DNA of 55,736 nucleotides from an uncultured Candidatus Peribacteria bacterium (GCA_964525485.1 CAZGHH010000003.1:1-55736); one strand, 5' to 3'. Counted from the first letter of the stretch, positions 1 to 10,162 are shown. Notes: generated by a model from the sequence alone, not told the origin. Numbers and translations: made by a program.

Positions 1-540
1 TTCTTTTAAATTTAATTCTTCAGCTTTTTTATTCATTTTTTCAACAAATTTTTCTGTGCTTCCCGCGTTGAATTCCGCCAATGCCATTGCTGCGTCGTTC
101 GCAGAATTAATCATCAGGCCATAAAGTAAATTTTCTACGGTTATTTGTTCGCCGGTTCTCAGGAACATCTGTGATCCGTCTTGGTAATTCGCTATTTTTG
201 GAATTGTTACTATCGATGTAGGGTCGTTTTCTTCCAGAATTATCACTGCTGTCATGAGTTTTGTGAGAGAAGCTATTTGTCGGCTTTGGTGTGCGTTTTT
301 TTCATAAAGTACTGCGCCGGTTTTTTCATCTATTGAAATTGCTGCTGCCGAATTGATTACTGGTGCTATGAATTCGGTTTTCTTTGTAGGCATCGGATTT
401 ACCGAAAGGAAATTTGTAAAATCCAACTTGTTTATCTCAAATCTCGTACTTTCCATTACCGGAATTTCGGTGGATGGATTCATCGGTAAGATGGGCTGTA
501 GTGACTGCGCTATATAAAACCCAATTATGCTTGATAGCAT
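1..540 (-). CDS. D-alanyl-D-alanine carboxypeptidase (serine-type, PBP5/DacA-like); N-terminal part only, C-terminus runs off the window
   Basis: Not in the ORF track because it is open at the window edge. My translation from ATG at 540..538 reads MLSSIIGFYIAQS...INSAAAISIDEKTGAVLYEKNAHQSRQIASLTKLMTAVIILE...GLMINSANDAAMALAE. It carries the SxxK motif (ASLTK) and SxN motif (SAND) of peptidase S11. An in-frame TAA 8 codons upstream fixes the start. Confidence 0.8.
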   Translation of the reverse strand, partial: MLSSIIGFYIAQSLQPILPMNPSTEIPVMESTRFEINKLDFTNFLSVNPMPTKKTEFIAPVINSAAAISIDEKTGAVLYEKNAHQSRQIASLTKLMTAVIILEENDPTSIVTIPKIANYQDGSQMFLRTGEQITVENLLYGLMINSANDAAMALAEFNAGSTEKFVEKMNKKAEELNLKE

Positions 541-608
541 TATCGGTCGGTTAGTAATTATTTATTACTTCGCGAGTATAGATAAAAATTTTGTTATTTG
601 GAAGTTGT

Positions 609-2216
609 TTATTGGAAGAATTGTTGCGTTGTCAGTGGTTGTTCGGGAGTTGTTTCGGTTGTTGGATTTGTGGTTGTAGTGTCTGCGGGATCAGTGCTGA
701 GAGCTGTGTTTGGGTTGTATATTTGGTCATATAATTCGTAGAACGCGTCTTCCATGTATATGTCTGAATTAGTGTAATCACTACCTAATTCTATGATAAT
801 GTCAGCACTTTGATCGTATCCCAAATTTTTGTATGCTTGTGGAATTTCGGTTGATTCTATTGCTGTCTGGAAGAAATATTTTTTTAATATTTCAACTGTG
901 TTTGGTTTATAAAATTTCATTTCATCATCTGGATTCTTTTTTGGAAGAGGGATCATTTTATAATAAATTTTTGTATTCAAATTGTCCTGAGTAAGTCCGT
1001 TTCCGAATCTTGTGATGTTCATGCAGTAGCGTTGTAGGACTTGTTTTTGTTCCGCTGCCGCTCCACTTAATTTTGTGGCATTTAATATCTGAATTTTTAA
1101 ATTTTCGTTTAAATATTCCGGATCGTTTGTAAGTAAATCAAAATATTTTGTGACGTATGACGGATCTCCTGCAGGAATTAACACGAAAGCTCCTCCGTAT
1201 AATTCCAATAATGGTGTGTATAAAAATCCTCCGCAATCTACCGGATTGTCGTGCAATAATCTCGAATAAATTCGTTCTCGCGGGATGTCTCCCATCAATC
1301 CTGCGGCGGACATTATTTCTCTAACCGAAAAATTTGTTTCAATGTTGTCCTGTGCTGTTTCAAGCAATTCTTGTAAAGTTTCTATATTCAGAGCTGCTGC
1401 GGTTTGAATTGTTTTATCTTTTACCGCGAGAATGATTTCTTGTTGTCTGTTTGATCTGTCAAAATCCGATGAAGTTTTTCTACTTCTCGCATACTTCAAA
1501 GCTGTTTCTCCATTCATGTGTTGTATGCCCGGTTGTATTGAAAATATTTCATAAAGCCCCGTTTCTCCTTTTGGGAAAAATGGATCGTAAATTCCTGTTT
1601 TTACATTCACTTCAATTCCTCCGAGTTTATCTATTATTTCTTTGAATCCGTCGAAGTTAATTTTTACGTAATATTGATAGTCCAGTCCTGTGAGTTCTTC
1701 GGTTTTTTCTATCATGTATTCTAGAGCTTCCGTTGAATTTTTAAGCTCTCTGTTTGCCATAAAGTAGAGTTCGTTTATTCTCATTGAATTGAATTTCGGA
1801 TCTTTTACGTGCAGATCTCTTGGGATTGAAATCATCGTTATTGTCTTTTTGTTGTGATCGTATGATGTGGAAATGATCGTGTCTGTCAGGTCGGATCCTT
1901 CGTGCTCTTTCGTTCCAGTTCCCATTATCAATATGTTTGTGTGGTCGTTGTTGTCTTTTTGTAAACTTTCACCGGCCGCTACAAGCACTGTATTAAAATT
2001 CATTCCGGATAAAATTTTAATGATCGCAAAACATAAAACACCTATTATAGCCAGAGATATAAAAATGGATAAATTAATTCCACTTTTTGTAATTATACTG
2101 ACTTTTGGTGGATTTCTTACTTTTGAAAAAAGATTGTTTTCTTCCTGAACGTCACTCAAAATTTTTTTGAGTCTTTTGGAATTCGAATTGATTTTGTTTA
2201 CTTTGAAGTCGTTCAT
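609..2216 (-). CDS. LytR-CpsA-Psr (LCP) family cell-envelope polymer phosphotransferase
   Basis: 535 aa. N-terminal TM anchor (LSIFISLAIIGVLCFAIIKIL). LCP core ILIMGTGT...GSDLTDTIISTSY...MISIPRDLHV and ALKYARSRK..DFDRSNRQQ. Long C-terminal extension with a Thr/Pro-rich tail. Confidence 0.85.
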   Translation of the reverse strand: MNDFKVNKINSNSKRLKKILSDVQEENNLFSKVRNPPKVSIITKSGINLSIFISLAIIGVLCFAIIKILSGMNFNTVLVAAGESLQKDNNDHTNILIMGTGTKEHEGSDLTDTIISTSYDHNKKTITMISIPRDLHVKDPKFNSMRINELYFMANRELKNSTEALEYMIEKTEELTGLDYQYYVKINFDGFKEIIDKLGGIEVNVKTGIYDPFFPKGETGLYEIFSIQPGIQHMNGETALKYARSRKTSSDFDRSNRQQEIILAVKDKTIQTAAALNIETLQELLETAQDNIETNFSVREIMSAAGLMGDIPRERIYSRLLHDNPVDCGGFLYTPLLELYGGAFVLIPAGDPSYVTKYFDLLTNDPEYLNENLKIQILNATKLSGAAAEQKQVLQRYCMNITRFGNGLTQDNLNTKIYYKMIPLPKKNPDDEMKFYKPNTVEILKKYFFQTAIESTEIPQAYKNLGYDQSADIIIELGSDYTNSDIYMEDAFYELYDQIYNPNTALSTDPADTTTTNPTTETTPEQPLTTQQFFQ

Positions 2217-2308
2217 TTTTTGGAATGATAGCGCGTTTTATTCTACTTTAAAATTGACAATATTCAATCCTTTTCTACAATTCAAATAAACCCCTTAACT
2301 TCATTTTT

Positions 2309-3268
2309 ATGAAATCGAAAATTCTTATTTCTTTGATGGCTTTGTCTGCACTTTTCGTGTTTTCGGCATGCGGAACTGATGAGCCTGTTCCTGATTCTTC
2401 GAAGCTTTTACAAGAGTCTATTTATAATGTTTACAATCTCAAATCTTTTAAATATAAAGCTGATTTTAAGGCTGAAGTGACCGATTCCGAGACGAAAAAC
2501 AAGGTGAACCTAGATATGATTTTGAATGGGGCTGTTAGTGGTCAAGATGCGTCCAAAACCGGCACCGAATTCACTGTCGTTGCGAAAGTTGACGATAATA
2601 GTGAGAATTACAGATTTGATTTTTCAGCTAAGTTCTTTACGGAAGATATTTATTTGAAATTGTTGGCTTTGCCTGAGGTTCCAAATTTTCCTGTTGATGG
2701 GTTGAAGGGGTTGGTTGGAAAATGGTGGAAAATCAGTGCTGCCGATCTAGGCGAAGTTGGGGCTGTGCAAAAAATGGAGGGAATAGGAGTTCCTTACGAC
2801 AAACTTGATGAGAGGGGTAAAAAAGAAAGAGATCTTATTTTGTCTTCAAAATTTTTCAAAGACATAGAGTATAAAAGTACTGAAAATTTGGAAGGGTTGA
2901 ATGTGTATGAATATACTTTTGTTGTTGATGGAAACGGTGTTTACAAATATGTTTATGAATTGGCGAAACTGGATGGACAGGAAAAAGATGCCGGACTAAA
3001 AGAGATAAAAGCTATGTTGACCGACTCTGTGGTGGACGGGACTATTTTTGTTGACGTGAACTCTAAAACAATGGTGAAGATGGATCTCGTGTTGGATGCA
3101 AAAAAAAGTAAGGCTTCTCAGTTCAATTCCATGAATTTGTCTGTTGCCCTAACTGATTTAAATAAGCCTTTTAATGTGGAAACCCCTACTGATTTTGAAG
3201 TTTTTGATCTTGGTAAATTTTTGGGATCGTTTTTGGGGAGCGGGATGACTTCCGATGTTTCTGTTTAA
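2309..3268 (+). CDS. putative lipoprotein, unknown function
   Basis: 319 aa. Signal peptide with lipobox (LFVFSAC|G). No catalytic motif that I recognise. Confidence 0.7.
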   Translation: MKSKILISLMALSALFVFSACGTDEPVPDSSKLLQESIYNVYNLKSFKYKADFKAEVTDSETKNKVNLDMILNGAVSGQDASKTGTEFTVVAKVDDNSENYRFDFSAKFFTEDIYLKLLALPEVPNFPVDGLKGLVGKWWKISAADLGEVGAVQKMEGIGVPYDKLDERGKKERDLILSSKFFKDIEYKSTENLEGLNVYEYTFVVDGNGVYKYVYELAKLDGQEKDAGLKEIKAMLTDSVVDGTIFVDVNSKTMVKMDLVLDAKKSKASQFNSMNLSVALTDLNKPFNVETPTDFEVFDLGKFLGSFLGSGMTSDVSV

Positions 3269-3334
3269 GTTTTTTTATAAAAAAAGTTAGTTTAGTTTAA
3301 GAAAGATTTAAGATTGGGCTTGTATTGTGTTGTT

Positions 3335-4666
3335 ATGTTTAAATACAAGCCTTTTCTTTTTATTCTTGGATTTTTATTTGGTTGCGCTGTCGCAACCATT
3401 GTTATTAAGCCCGAATTGTTTTGGGCTGTGGCTATTTTTATTCTTGGTGGCTTGTTTTTTCGCCTTTTGTTTAAGTGTTTTGGTGAAGATAATTATTCCG
3501 ATTTTGTGGTAGCCGTGATTGTGTTTTTTATTGGATTGTTTTTCGGTGTTTTACGAGTTGTTTTGAATGAGATTAATTATCATATTGCTGTAAATAAAAT
3601 TTTACCTGTTTCCGAAAGAAAATTTGTAGCTTGTATCGTGGATACTCCAGAATTTGTTAATGGGAAACAAAAGGTTGTTGTTCGTGTTGATGGACTGGGT
3701 GACGTTCTTTTAAAATTACCTTTGTATCCGGCTTATAGATATGGAGATGAATTAAATGTAGTAGCCTCTATTAGCAGAGCCGAAAAATTTGATGATTTTG
3801 ATTATGAAGAATATCTAAAAATGAAAGGTATACTCGGAATAGCAAACGATGCATATGTCAGTCTGAATGGATATTGCGGAAATTTATTTCTCAAAACGAT
3901 TTATGCTTGGAGGAATTATTTTTTAGTTAGATTGAATTCTCAATATCCAGAGCCTTTCGCGTCTTTTGTTGCGGGAATTTTGATAGGTGAGAGATCCTCT
4001 ATTCCCGAAGAAATTAACTCTATGTTTACTCGTATAGGGGTTACACATATTGTTGCTATTTCCGGATATAATATTTCAATAATTATCGCTTCGGTCTCTT
4101 TGATGTTTGCCTTTTTGTCGAGAAAAAAGAAGGTTGTCGCAAGCGTGATTTTTGTTTTTGTGTTTGTTGTTTTTGTGGGAGCGGGGAGTAGTGTGGTGCG
4201 TGCAGGGATAATGGGTATTTTGAATTTGATCGGCGTTTATTTTGGGCGGGGAATTGTTTTCCCTTATGCTGTTTCTGTGGCGGCGGTTTTTATGGTTTTG
4301 TGGAGCCCTAAGGTTTTAATATATGATGTCTCTTTTCAATTATCTTTTCTTGCAACTATAGGAATTGTTTACTTTTCGCCATTGATAAAGAACTTTTTGA
4401 AATTTGTTAATTTAAAAATTATTCAAGAAAATTTATCCGTTACTCTTGCCGCCCAAATTTTTACTATTCCGATTATTTTGAAAAATTTTGGTTTTGTTTC
4501 TTGGATTGCGCCATTTTCAAATATTGCAGTTTTGCCTTTTATTCCTCTGTCGATGTTGCTTTCTTTTGTTGGGCTTGTTTTTAAGCCTGTGGCTTTTTTG
4601 AATTATGTTCTTTTGGAGATTCTTTTTTTTGTAATGCGTTTCTTTGATTTTTTTGTAACTTTGTAA
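3335..4666 (+). CDS. comEC: ComEC/Rec2-family DNA internalisation channel, minimal form (membrane competence domain only)
   Basis: The ORF opens with TTG at 3314; the first ATG is at 3335 (MFKYKPFLFILGF). Many TM helices. Competence-domain signature RIGVTHIVAISGYNISII. No HxHxDH metallo-beta-lactamase domain is visible. Confidence 0.8.
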   Translation: MFKYKPFLFILGFLFGCAVATIVIKPELFWAVAIFILGGLFFRLLFKCFGEDNYSDFVVAVIVFFIGLFFGVLRVVLNEINYHIAVNKILPVSERKFVACIVDTPEFVNGKQKVVVRVDGLGDVLLKLPLYPAYRYGDELNVVASISRAEKFDDFDYEEYLKMKGILGIANDAYVSLNGYCGNLFLKTIYAWRNYFLVRLNSQYPEPFASFVAGILIGERSSIPEEINSMFTRIGVTHIVAISGYNISIIIASVSLMFAFLSRKKKVVASVIFVFVFVVFVGAGSSVVRAGIMGILNLIGVYFGRGIVFPYAVSVAAVFMVLWSPKVLIYDVSFQLSFLATIGIVYFSPLIKNFLKFVNLKIIQENLSVTLAAQIFTIPIILKNFGFVSWIAPFSNIAVLPFIPLSMLLSFVGLVFKPVAFLNYVLLEILFFVMRFFDFFVTL

Positions 4667-5205
4667 ATGAAGATTTTTTTAATGCCGGCTTTTGCATCTT
4701 TTTCAATAATTTTTATTGGCTTCCATGATCCAATATGAAATGTGTATGACGTCACCAATGTGCCGCTCTTTAATTCTTTATCGAATTTTTTTTGATATTC
4801 AATGAGGGTGTTTGGCAACATATAGCATATTACAATATTCGCATCTGAAAGATTATAGTGTCTGAAATTAGATCTTATTAATTTTCCTTTCCATCCAAAA
4901 ATCCATTGTTTTAATTTTCCCATAAAAAAAACAAAAGGATCTATTTCGAATCCGATAGCTTTTGCTCCATATAATTTCTCTGCGTAATGTAAGAATCTTC
5001 CATCTCCGGCGCCAATGTCATATAGAACATCTCCTTTTTTTACTCCAATTGCTTTAAGGATTTTTTTAACAGCCTTTTTTGGAGTTGGTAAAAATGGGCC
5101 TCCACCAAATATCGCAACCGCATATGACGTGAGAAGTGCAGCAGTTATGAAAAATGCGAATATGACGCCAAAAATTGATAGTGCTAGTTTGAGGGTGTTG
5201 AGCAT
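4603..5205 (-). CDS. membrane-anchored class I SAM-dependent methyltransferase
   Basis: 200 aa. N-terminal TM helix, then motif I VLYDIGAGDGRF and post-I GFEIDP. Lys-rich tail. The start lies 4 nt after the stop of the upstream 815-aa gene. The 3' end overlaps the comEC 3' end by 64 nt (convergent). Confidence 0.75.
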   Translation of the reverse strand: MLNTLKLALSIFGVIFAFFITAALLTSYAVAIFGGGPFLPTPKKAVKKILKAIGVKKGDVLYDIGAGDGRFLHYAEKLYGAKAIGFEIDPFVFFMGKLKQWIFGWKGKLIRSNFRHYNLSDANIVICYMLPNTLIEYQKKFDKELKSGTLVTSYTFHIGSWKPIKIIEKDAKAGIKKIFIYKVTKKSKKRITKKRISKRT

Positions 5206-5208
5206 TTA

Positions 5209-7656
5209 TTAAGCGGCTTTAGCCATTGTTTCGATCCTAGTATGGGCTTTTTTATTTATTTCATCAAGTGCCGCCTCTCTGGCTAGTTTTAAATGGCCAG
5301 TGTTTTCATCGGCGCCTTTTATAGAAGTTGCCGCTGCTACTTTTTTTGCAATTTTTTTAGAAAGATCTTCTTTGTCTTTTTGTTGAGCCAAATCAGCTCC
5401 TTTTCCTTCACGTGCATCCAATACTCTTTGGGTGTGAATGTCTTTGAATTCAACCGCTGTTGATCCGTGATGAAGTCCACCATGTTTGTCGGCTTTCACT
5501 TGCTCGGTGTATATTTGTCGTCTTAATTTTGTTTTTTCTTCAGCATTTCTTACTCGCTGAAAATCTACCTGTATTACATCTTTCCCACCCAGTGTTTGTG
5601 CGTCCAAGATTTTTGAATCGTCCGTGTTGTCCATGTAATCTTCTGCCATTTCAGTTAGGACGGAATCGTGTTTCACGGCATCCAAAACTTCTCTTTTATT
5701 CCTATCCTTGGCTGATAATGATTGTTTTTTTGATTGATCTTTTCTGGCTAACTCCAGTCCTATTTCTTGTGACTGAATTTCTTTTGCTTCTGCCGATATT
5801 TCCGCGTCACTGACGATTGTATGTTTTGCTATCTCTGAATATTGATCGTAAATATCTTGTTCTTGTTTTTGATCTGCTGCGACTTTGCTTTGATCTGCTA
5901 ACTCAGCTAATTCTTCCATCATTGCCAAGACGTCTTCATCTGCAGGATTGATTTTCAAAAGTTTTATACAGTGTTTCATGGCTGTGCCATATGCTTTGAG
6001 GCCTATTAAATCCTGTATTGCTGCTAATGCAGTTTCTTTGTTTTGAACTGCTTGTAGATCCTCTTCGCCCCCTTCTTTTAATTTTTTTAAAAGTTTTGGG
6101 TTTAATTTGCCGAGTCTTCCTATACGTGATTCTTGTGCTTTTTTGATTTCGGCTTTTAGTTCTTTGTGAACTTCTTCTCTTTTTCTCCATCCTTCTTTGT
6201 CGTATTTATTTTCCCAGTCGGCGATTTTATCTTCCGTTATTGTTGGATTTAATTCTTTTAATTTCGTCATGTCTTCTTGAAATTTTTCTCTTCTCTTTTC
6301 GTATGCTTTTAAGTTTTTGTACTGTTCGTTTGGTGTGTTGGACGTAAGTGTTTCGTGGAATTTTTTTACTTCCGCGTATGATTTATCTTTGGAGTTTTTT
6401 TCTATCCAGTCGTGATAATTTTTTTCTGTTGAAGCCGATATTGTTTTTTTCATTACGGCTTGAGTGCATGCGTGTTTAAAAGCATCGACTGTTAATTTTT
6501 TATTCTCTTGTTCTTGGTCTTTTTCTTGTTCGCGAGTTTCTTGTTGTTTTTTTATAAACTCTTCTTTTCCTGCGTAATCCATGTCTTTAAACATCTTGAA
6601 TGCTATAGCAAAACCCTCTTTGTTAGCCGGTTCTTTATTGAAGACGTCTTGTAGTTTGTCTGTGAGTTTTGCTTCCGCTTGTACGAAACTTTCCCATAGT
6701 TTTAAATTGTCTGCGCGTTTTTCTACAGAATCTAAATCTTTGTAGTAACTCGTGATATTCTCCATCGACTTTTGGCTTATTTTTTGGCCTTGGACAGCGG
6801 CTTTTAGCGTGGTATATCCTTTCGCTTCTTCACGGGACAGGCCTGAGAGGTTATCCAATATTTGTTTTTGTTCTTGTGGATTTTCGGCTCTGCAAAATTT
6901 CCCCATTATCTTTTTCTCGGCTTCTTTTGAATATAATTCATCTTTCATTCCACCCAATTTTTGGAAGTGTTTTTCACCGGCTTCTATGTTTTTTGCGAAC
7001 TCTTTACGTTCGGAAAGTCCTTCTTCTTTTATATACTTCACGTCTAAAGGATCGACGTCGTATTTTTTCATTAAATCAGTTAATTTCTCGAGAGCCTTCA
7101 CACGAGGAGGGCGTTCTCCTTGAAGAAATTTGACTGTTAAATCTTGAAGAGTTGGGATGTTTAATTTTTGTTGGCGGATCCATTCTTTGTATGCTTGGAC
7201 CTGATTTGTTCCTAGAATGTCTTCGTTGTCTTCAACCAATTGATCGTATTTTGCGTATGCTTTTAATAAATCCGGATCGTCTTGTGCGACTTCCGCATTT
7301 ATGTCGGTTGAACGCGTTCTTTCTATGTCAGCTATTTTTTTTTGAAGTTGCTCTAAAATGTCTTTGCTTTTGTCCGCACTTGATTCTGATTCTCGGAGCA
7401 TTCCTTCGTATTTTTTGACTTCAGTTTGAGTAAGTCTTTTATTTGTCGTGGCCATATTAAGAAGATTCCTCACTTCTTTTTGGGCCATTTGAGCATTTCT
7501 TCTTATCTCGAAAATAGTTGTTCTGCCTGACGCCACTTGATCGCGCTCTCGGTCTGACATTTTTTTTGAAATTTGTGGATCCAAAGTCTCACCTCTGTCT
7601 TGGGGTGACTGAGGGCGTTCTGGGTTGTCTTCGTATTGTAGATTTTCTAGTCCCAC
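5209..7656 (-). CDS. large K/E-rich coiled-coil-like protein, no recognisable family
   Basis: 815-aa uninterrupted ORF. It opens with GTG at 7656; the first ATG is at 7560. Highly charged, with no TM segment, signal peptide or catalytic motif that I recognise. Confidence 0.6.
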   Translation of the reverse strand: MGLENLQYEDNPERPQSPQDRGETLDPQISKKMSDRERDQVASGRTTIFEIRRNAQMAQKEVRNLLNMATTNKRLTQTEVKKYEGMLRESESSADKSKDILEQLQKKIADIERTRSTDINAEVAQDDPDLLKAYAKYDQLVEDNEDILGTNQVQAYKEWIRQQKLNIPTLQDLTVKFLQGERPPRVKALEKLTDLMKKYDVDPLDVKYIKEEGLSERKEFAKNIEAGEKHFQKLGGMKDELYSKEAEKKIMGKFCRAENPQEQKQILDNLSGLSREEAKGYTTLKAAVQGQKISQKSMENITSYYKDLDSVEKRADNLKLWESFVQAEAKLTDKLQDVFNKEPANKEGFAIAFKMFKDMDYAGKEEFIKKQQETREQEKDQEQENKKLTVDAFKHACTQAVMKKTISASTEKNYHDWIEKNSKDKSYAEVKKFHETLTSNTPNEQYKNLKAYEKRREKFQEDMTKLKELNPTITEDKIADWENKYDKEGWRKREEVHKELKAEIKKAQESRIGRLGKLNPKLLKKLKEGGEEDLQAVQNKETALAAIQDLIGLKAYGTAMKHCIKLLKINPADEDVLAMMEELAELADQSKVAADQKQEQDIYDQYSEIAKHTIVSDAEISAEAKEIQSQEIGLELARKDQSKKQSLSAKDRNKREVLDAVKHDSVLTEMAEDYMDNTDDSKILDAQTLGGKDVIQVDFQRVRNAEEKTKLRRQIYTEQVKADKHGGLHHGSTAVEFKDIHTQRVLDAREGKGADLAQQKDKEDLSKKIAKKVAAATSIKGADENTGHLKLAREAALDEINKKAHTRIETMAKAA

Positions 7657-7760
7657 TTTTTCTCTTATTAAATAATTAGATCTAGGGTAGGTAGTAATCT
7701 ATCATATTATAATGCGATGTCAATTTGTGAAGACCTGTTTGGGCGATACTTGGACTATTC

Positions 7761-10076
7761 TTAGACCGTGCAGGCTGAGAAGCCACAATTTAGGCAGAGT
7801 AAGCAGCCTTCACCAATTTGTATGTCACTTCCACATTCTGGGCATTTTTTCTCTGCCATGATCTCTTTTTTGGAAAGTTCTCTGTGAGGTCTGTGTTCTG
7901 TTGATGCAACAGGTGGTGGGATAATCTCCTGAGGAATTGGCTTAGATTCTTCTTTTTGGATTGGTTGTGACATATTTACTTCCTGTCCTTCTTCCTGGTC
8001 TTCTGTTATTGCTGGTGAAGTTTCTTTTTTATTAACTTTCCCGATGTTCAAAACCTGATTGTCGCGACTTCCGTCTCTGTAAATCGTGATGCCTTTACAA
8101 TGGAGTTTGTGAGCCGTGATGTAGGTTGTTTCAACATCGCGAATAGATGCTTCGTGAGGAAAGTTAATTGTTTTTGATACGCTTGAGTCGACGTGTTTCT
8201 GGAATGCGGCCTGCATTTTGATGTGCCACTGCGGAGTAATGTCTTGTGATACTACGAACACTTTGCGAATTTCTTCCGGAATTTCCTCGAAGCCTTGAAT
8301 TGTTCCGACTTTTGCAATTTCAGCCATTAATTCTTTTGAATAAAGTCCTTTTTCTTTCATCGCAGCTTCAAAATATTTGTTTGTGTATACGAGCTCTGTG
8401 CCATCCATTACGTTTTTGATGAATGATATGGCGAAGTTCGGTTCAAGGCCTGTAGAGGCATCTGCAAGCATTCCGATCGTGCCCGTAGGTGCGACTGTAG
8501 TCGTGCATGCATTGCGAATTTTGATGCTATTCTGGTGGTAAAGTGATCCTTCCCATGCAGGGAATGTTCCGCGATCCATTGCTAAATGAATAGATTTTTC
8601 TTTAGATTTCTCGTCTACAAAACCCATTATTTTTTCTCCCATTTGAACACCTTCTTCACTGTTGTATGGAATTCCTAATTGATACAAAACATCTGCAAAG
8701 CCCATTATTCCGAGGCCGATCTTGCGTGTGCGGCGTGACGTGTCAGCAATCTCTGGAATAGGGTAGTGGTTTGCGTCGATGACGTTGTCTAGGAAGTGAA
8801 CTGCATTGAAAGTGATTTCTTCCAACTTTGTCCAATCTATATCCTTTCCGTTTGCTGCAATTACTTTGTTTAGGTTAATAGAGCCTAAGTTGCAACTCTC
8901 GTATGGTAGAAGTGGTTGTTCACCGCATGGATTCGTTGCCTCGATCTCTCCTAAGTGTTTTACTGGGCTTTTCTTGTTGATTTCATCTATAAACAAAACT
9001 CCCGGGTCTCCATTTCTCCACGCATTTGCAATAATTAAATCGAAAACCATTCTTGCAGGAATTTTTTTGAGAGGCTTCTTGTCACGTGGATTGATGAGTT
9101 CGTAGTCGGCATTATTCTCGAGAGCTTCCATGAACTTGTCCGTGATCGCTACAGAGATATTGAAGTTCTGGAGAGTTTTCATGTCCGCTTTCATATTGAT
9201 GAAGTCCATGATGTCCGGATGATCGACTCTGAGGATTCCCATGTTTGCGCCGCGACGTTTACCTCCTTGCTTTATAACCTCCGTCGCAGCGTCAAACACT
9301 TTCATAAAGGAAATTGGCCCTGATGAAACGCCGGTCGTTGAATGGACCATGTCGTTTGATGGGCGTAGGCGTGAGAAGGAAAAACCCGTACCGCCACCGC
9401 TCTTGTGAATGAGCGCAGCGTTTTTAAGAGAAGTAAATATCCCTTCCATAGAATCCTCTACTGGGATAACGAAACATGCTGATAATTGTCCGATTTCTGT
9501 TCCTGCATTCATGAGAGTAGGTGAGTTTGGCAAGAACTCTAAATCTTTCATCATCTTGAAGAATTTCTCTTCAGTTTCTGCGACATTTCCTGTCTTATAA
9601 TTTTTGTCAGGCTCTGCAATGGCGTGTGCAACTCTGTGAACCAAATCTTCAGGAGTCTCTTTAATTTCACCTTTGTCGTCTCTTAATAGATAGCGCTTTT
9701 TGAGAACTTGCAGTGCATTATCTGAAAATTGTAATGTTTTTTCTGCGCCTCCAACTCCAAACATTAATTCTTTTCTTTCTCTTTCGTCGGCACGTTTTTG
9801 TCTGTATATGATGTATGATTTGGCCGTTTTCGCATGTCCTCCTTCAATAAGAATTTTTTCAACCAAGTCCTGGACTTGTTCAACTGTAGGAACTTGTGAT
9901 TCGTCTTTGAAGAAAACTTCTAACACTGCAGTGATTTGATTTGAAATTTGTTCCGCTAATGAATAATCTTCTCCTCCAACTGATTGAGCGGCTTTCCAAA
10001 TTGCTTCGGTAATTTTTGCTTGGTCAAAATCTACTATGCGGCCGTCGCGTTTTTTTACTTTTTTGATTGGAGACAT
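7761..10076 (-). CDS. nrdJ: class II (adenosylcobalamin-dependent) ribonucleotide reductase with N-terminal ATP-cone and C-terminal zinc ribbon
   Basis: 771 aa. ATP-cone VKKRDGRIVDFDQAKITEAIWKA. RNR core NPCGEQPLLPYESCNLGS and TTVAPTGT. C-terminal CPECG...CLLCLNCG after a low-complexity linker. Confidence 0.9.
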   Translation of the reverse strand: MSPIKKVKKRDGRIVDFDQAKITEAIWKAAQSVGGEDYSLAEQISNQITAVLEVFFKDESQVPTVEQVQDLVEKILIEGGHAKTAKSYIIYRQKRADERERKELMFGVGGAEKTLQFSDNALQVLKKRYLLRDDKGEIKETPEDLVHRVAHAIAEPDKNYKTGNVAETEEKFFKMMKDLEFLPNSPTLMNAGTEIGQLSACFVIPVEDSMEGIFTSLKNAALIHKSGGGTGFSFSRLRPSNDMVHSTTGVSSGPISFMKVFDAATEVIKQGGKRRGANMGILRVDHPDIMDFINMKADMKTLQNFNISVAITDKFMEALENNADYELINPRDKKPLKKIPARMVFDLIIANAWRNGDPGVLFIDEINKKSPVKHLGEIEATNPCGEQPLLPYESCNLGSINLNKVIAANGKDIDWTKLEEITFNAVHFLDNVIDANHYPIPEIADTSRRTRKIGLGIMGFADVLYQLGIPYNSEEGVQMGEKIMGFVDEKSKEKSIHLAMDRGTFPAWEGSLYHQNSIKIRNACTTTVAPTGTIGMLADASTGLEPNFAISFIKNVMDGTELVYTNKYFEAAMKEKGLYSKELMAEIAKVGTIQGFEEIPEEIRKVFVVSQDITPQWHIKMQAAFQKHVDSSVSKTINFPHEASIRDVETTYITAHKLHCKGITIYRDGSRDNQVLNIGKVNKKETSPAITEDQEEGQEVNMSQPIQKEESKPIPQEIIPPPVASTEHRPHRELSKKEIMAEKKCPECGSDIQIGEGCLLCLNCGFSACTV

Positions 10077-10130
10077 GGGAAATATAGGTTAAGGATGATG
10101 TTTGTTTGAATTTTCGCAGGAATGAAGGGG

Positions 10131-10146
10131 ACACTATATATTGTGT
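10131..10146 (-). promoter_or_regulatory. NrdR box 1 (proximal), 55-70 nt upstream of the nrdJ start
   Basis: acactatatattgtgt matches the 16-bp palindromic NrdR-box consensus acaCwAtATaTwGtgt (as I recall it) at every position. Confidence 0.7.
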
Positions 10147-10162
10147 TTGACTATTGTCGCTG

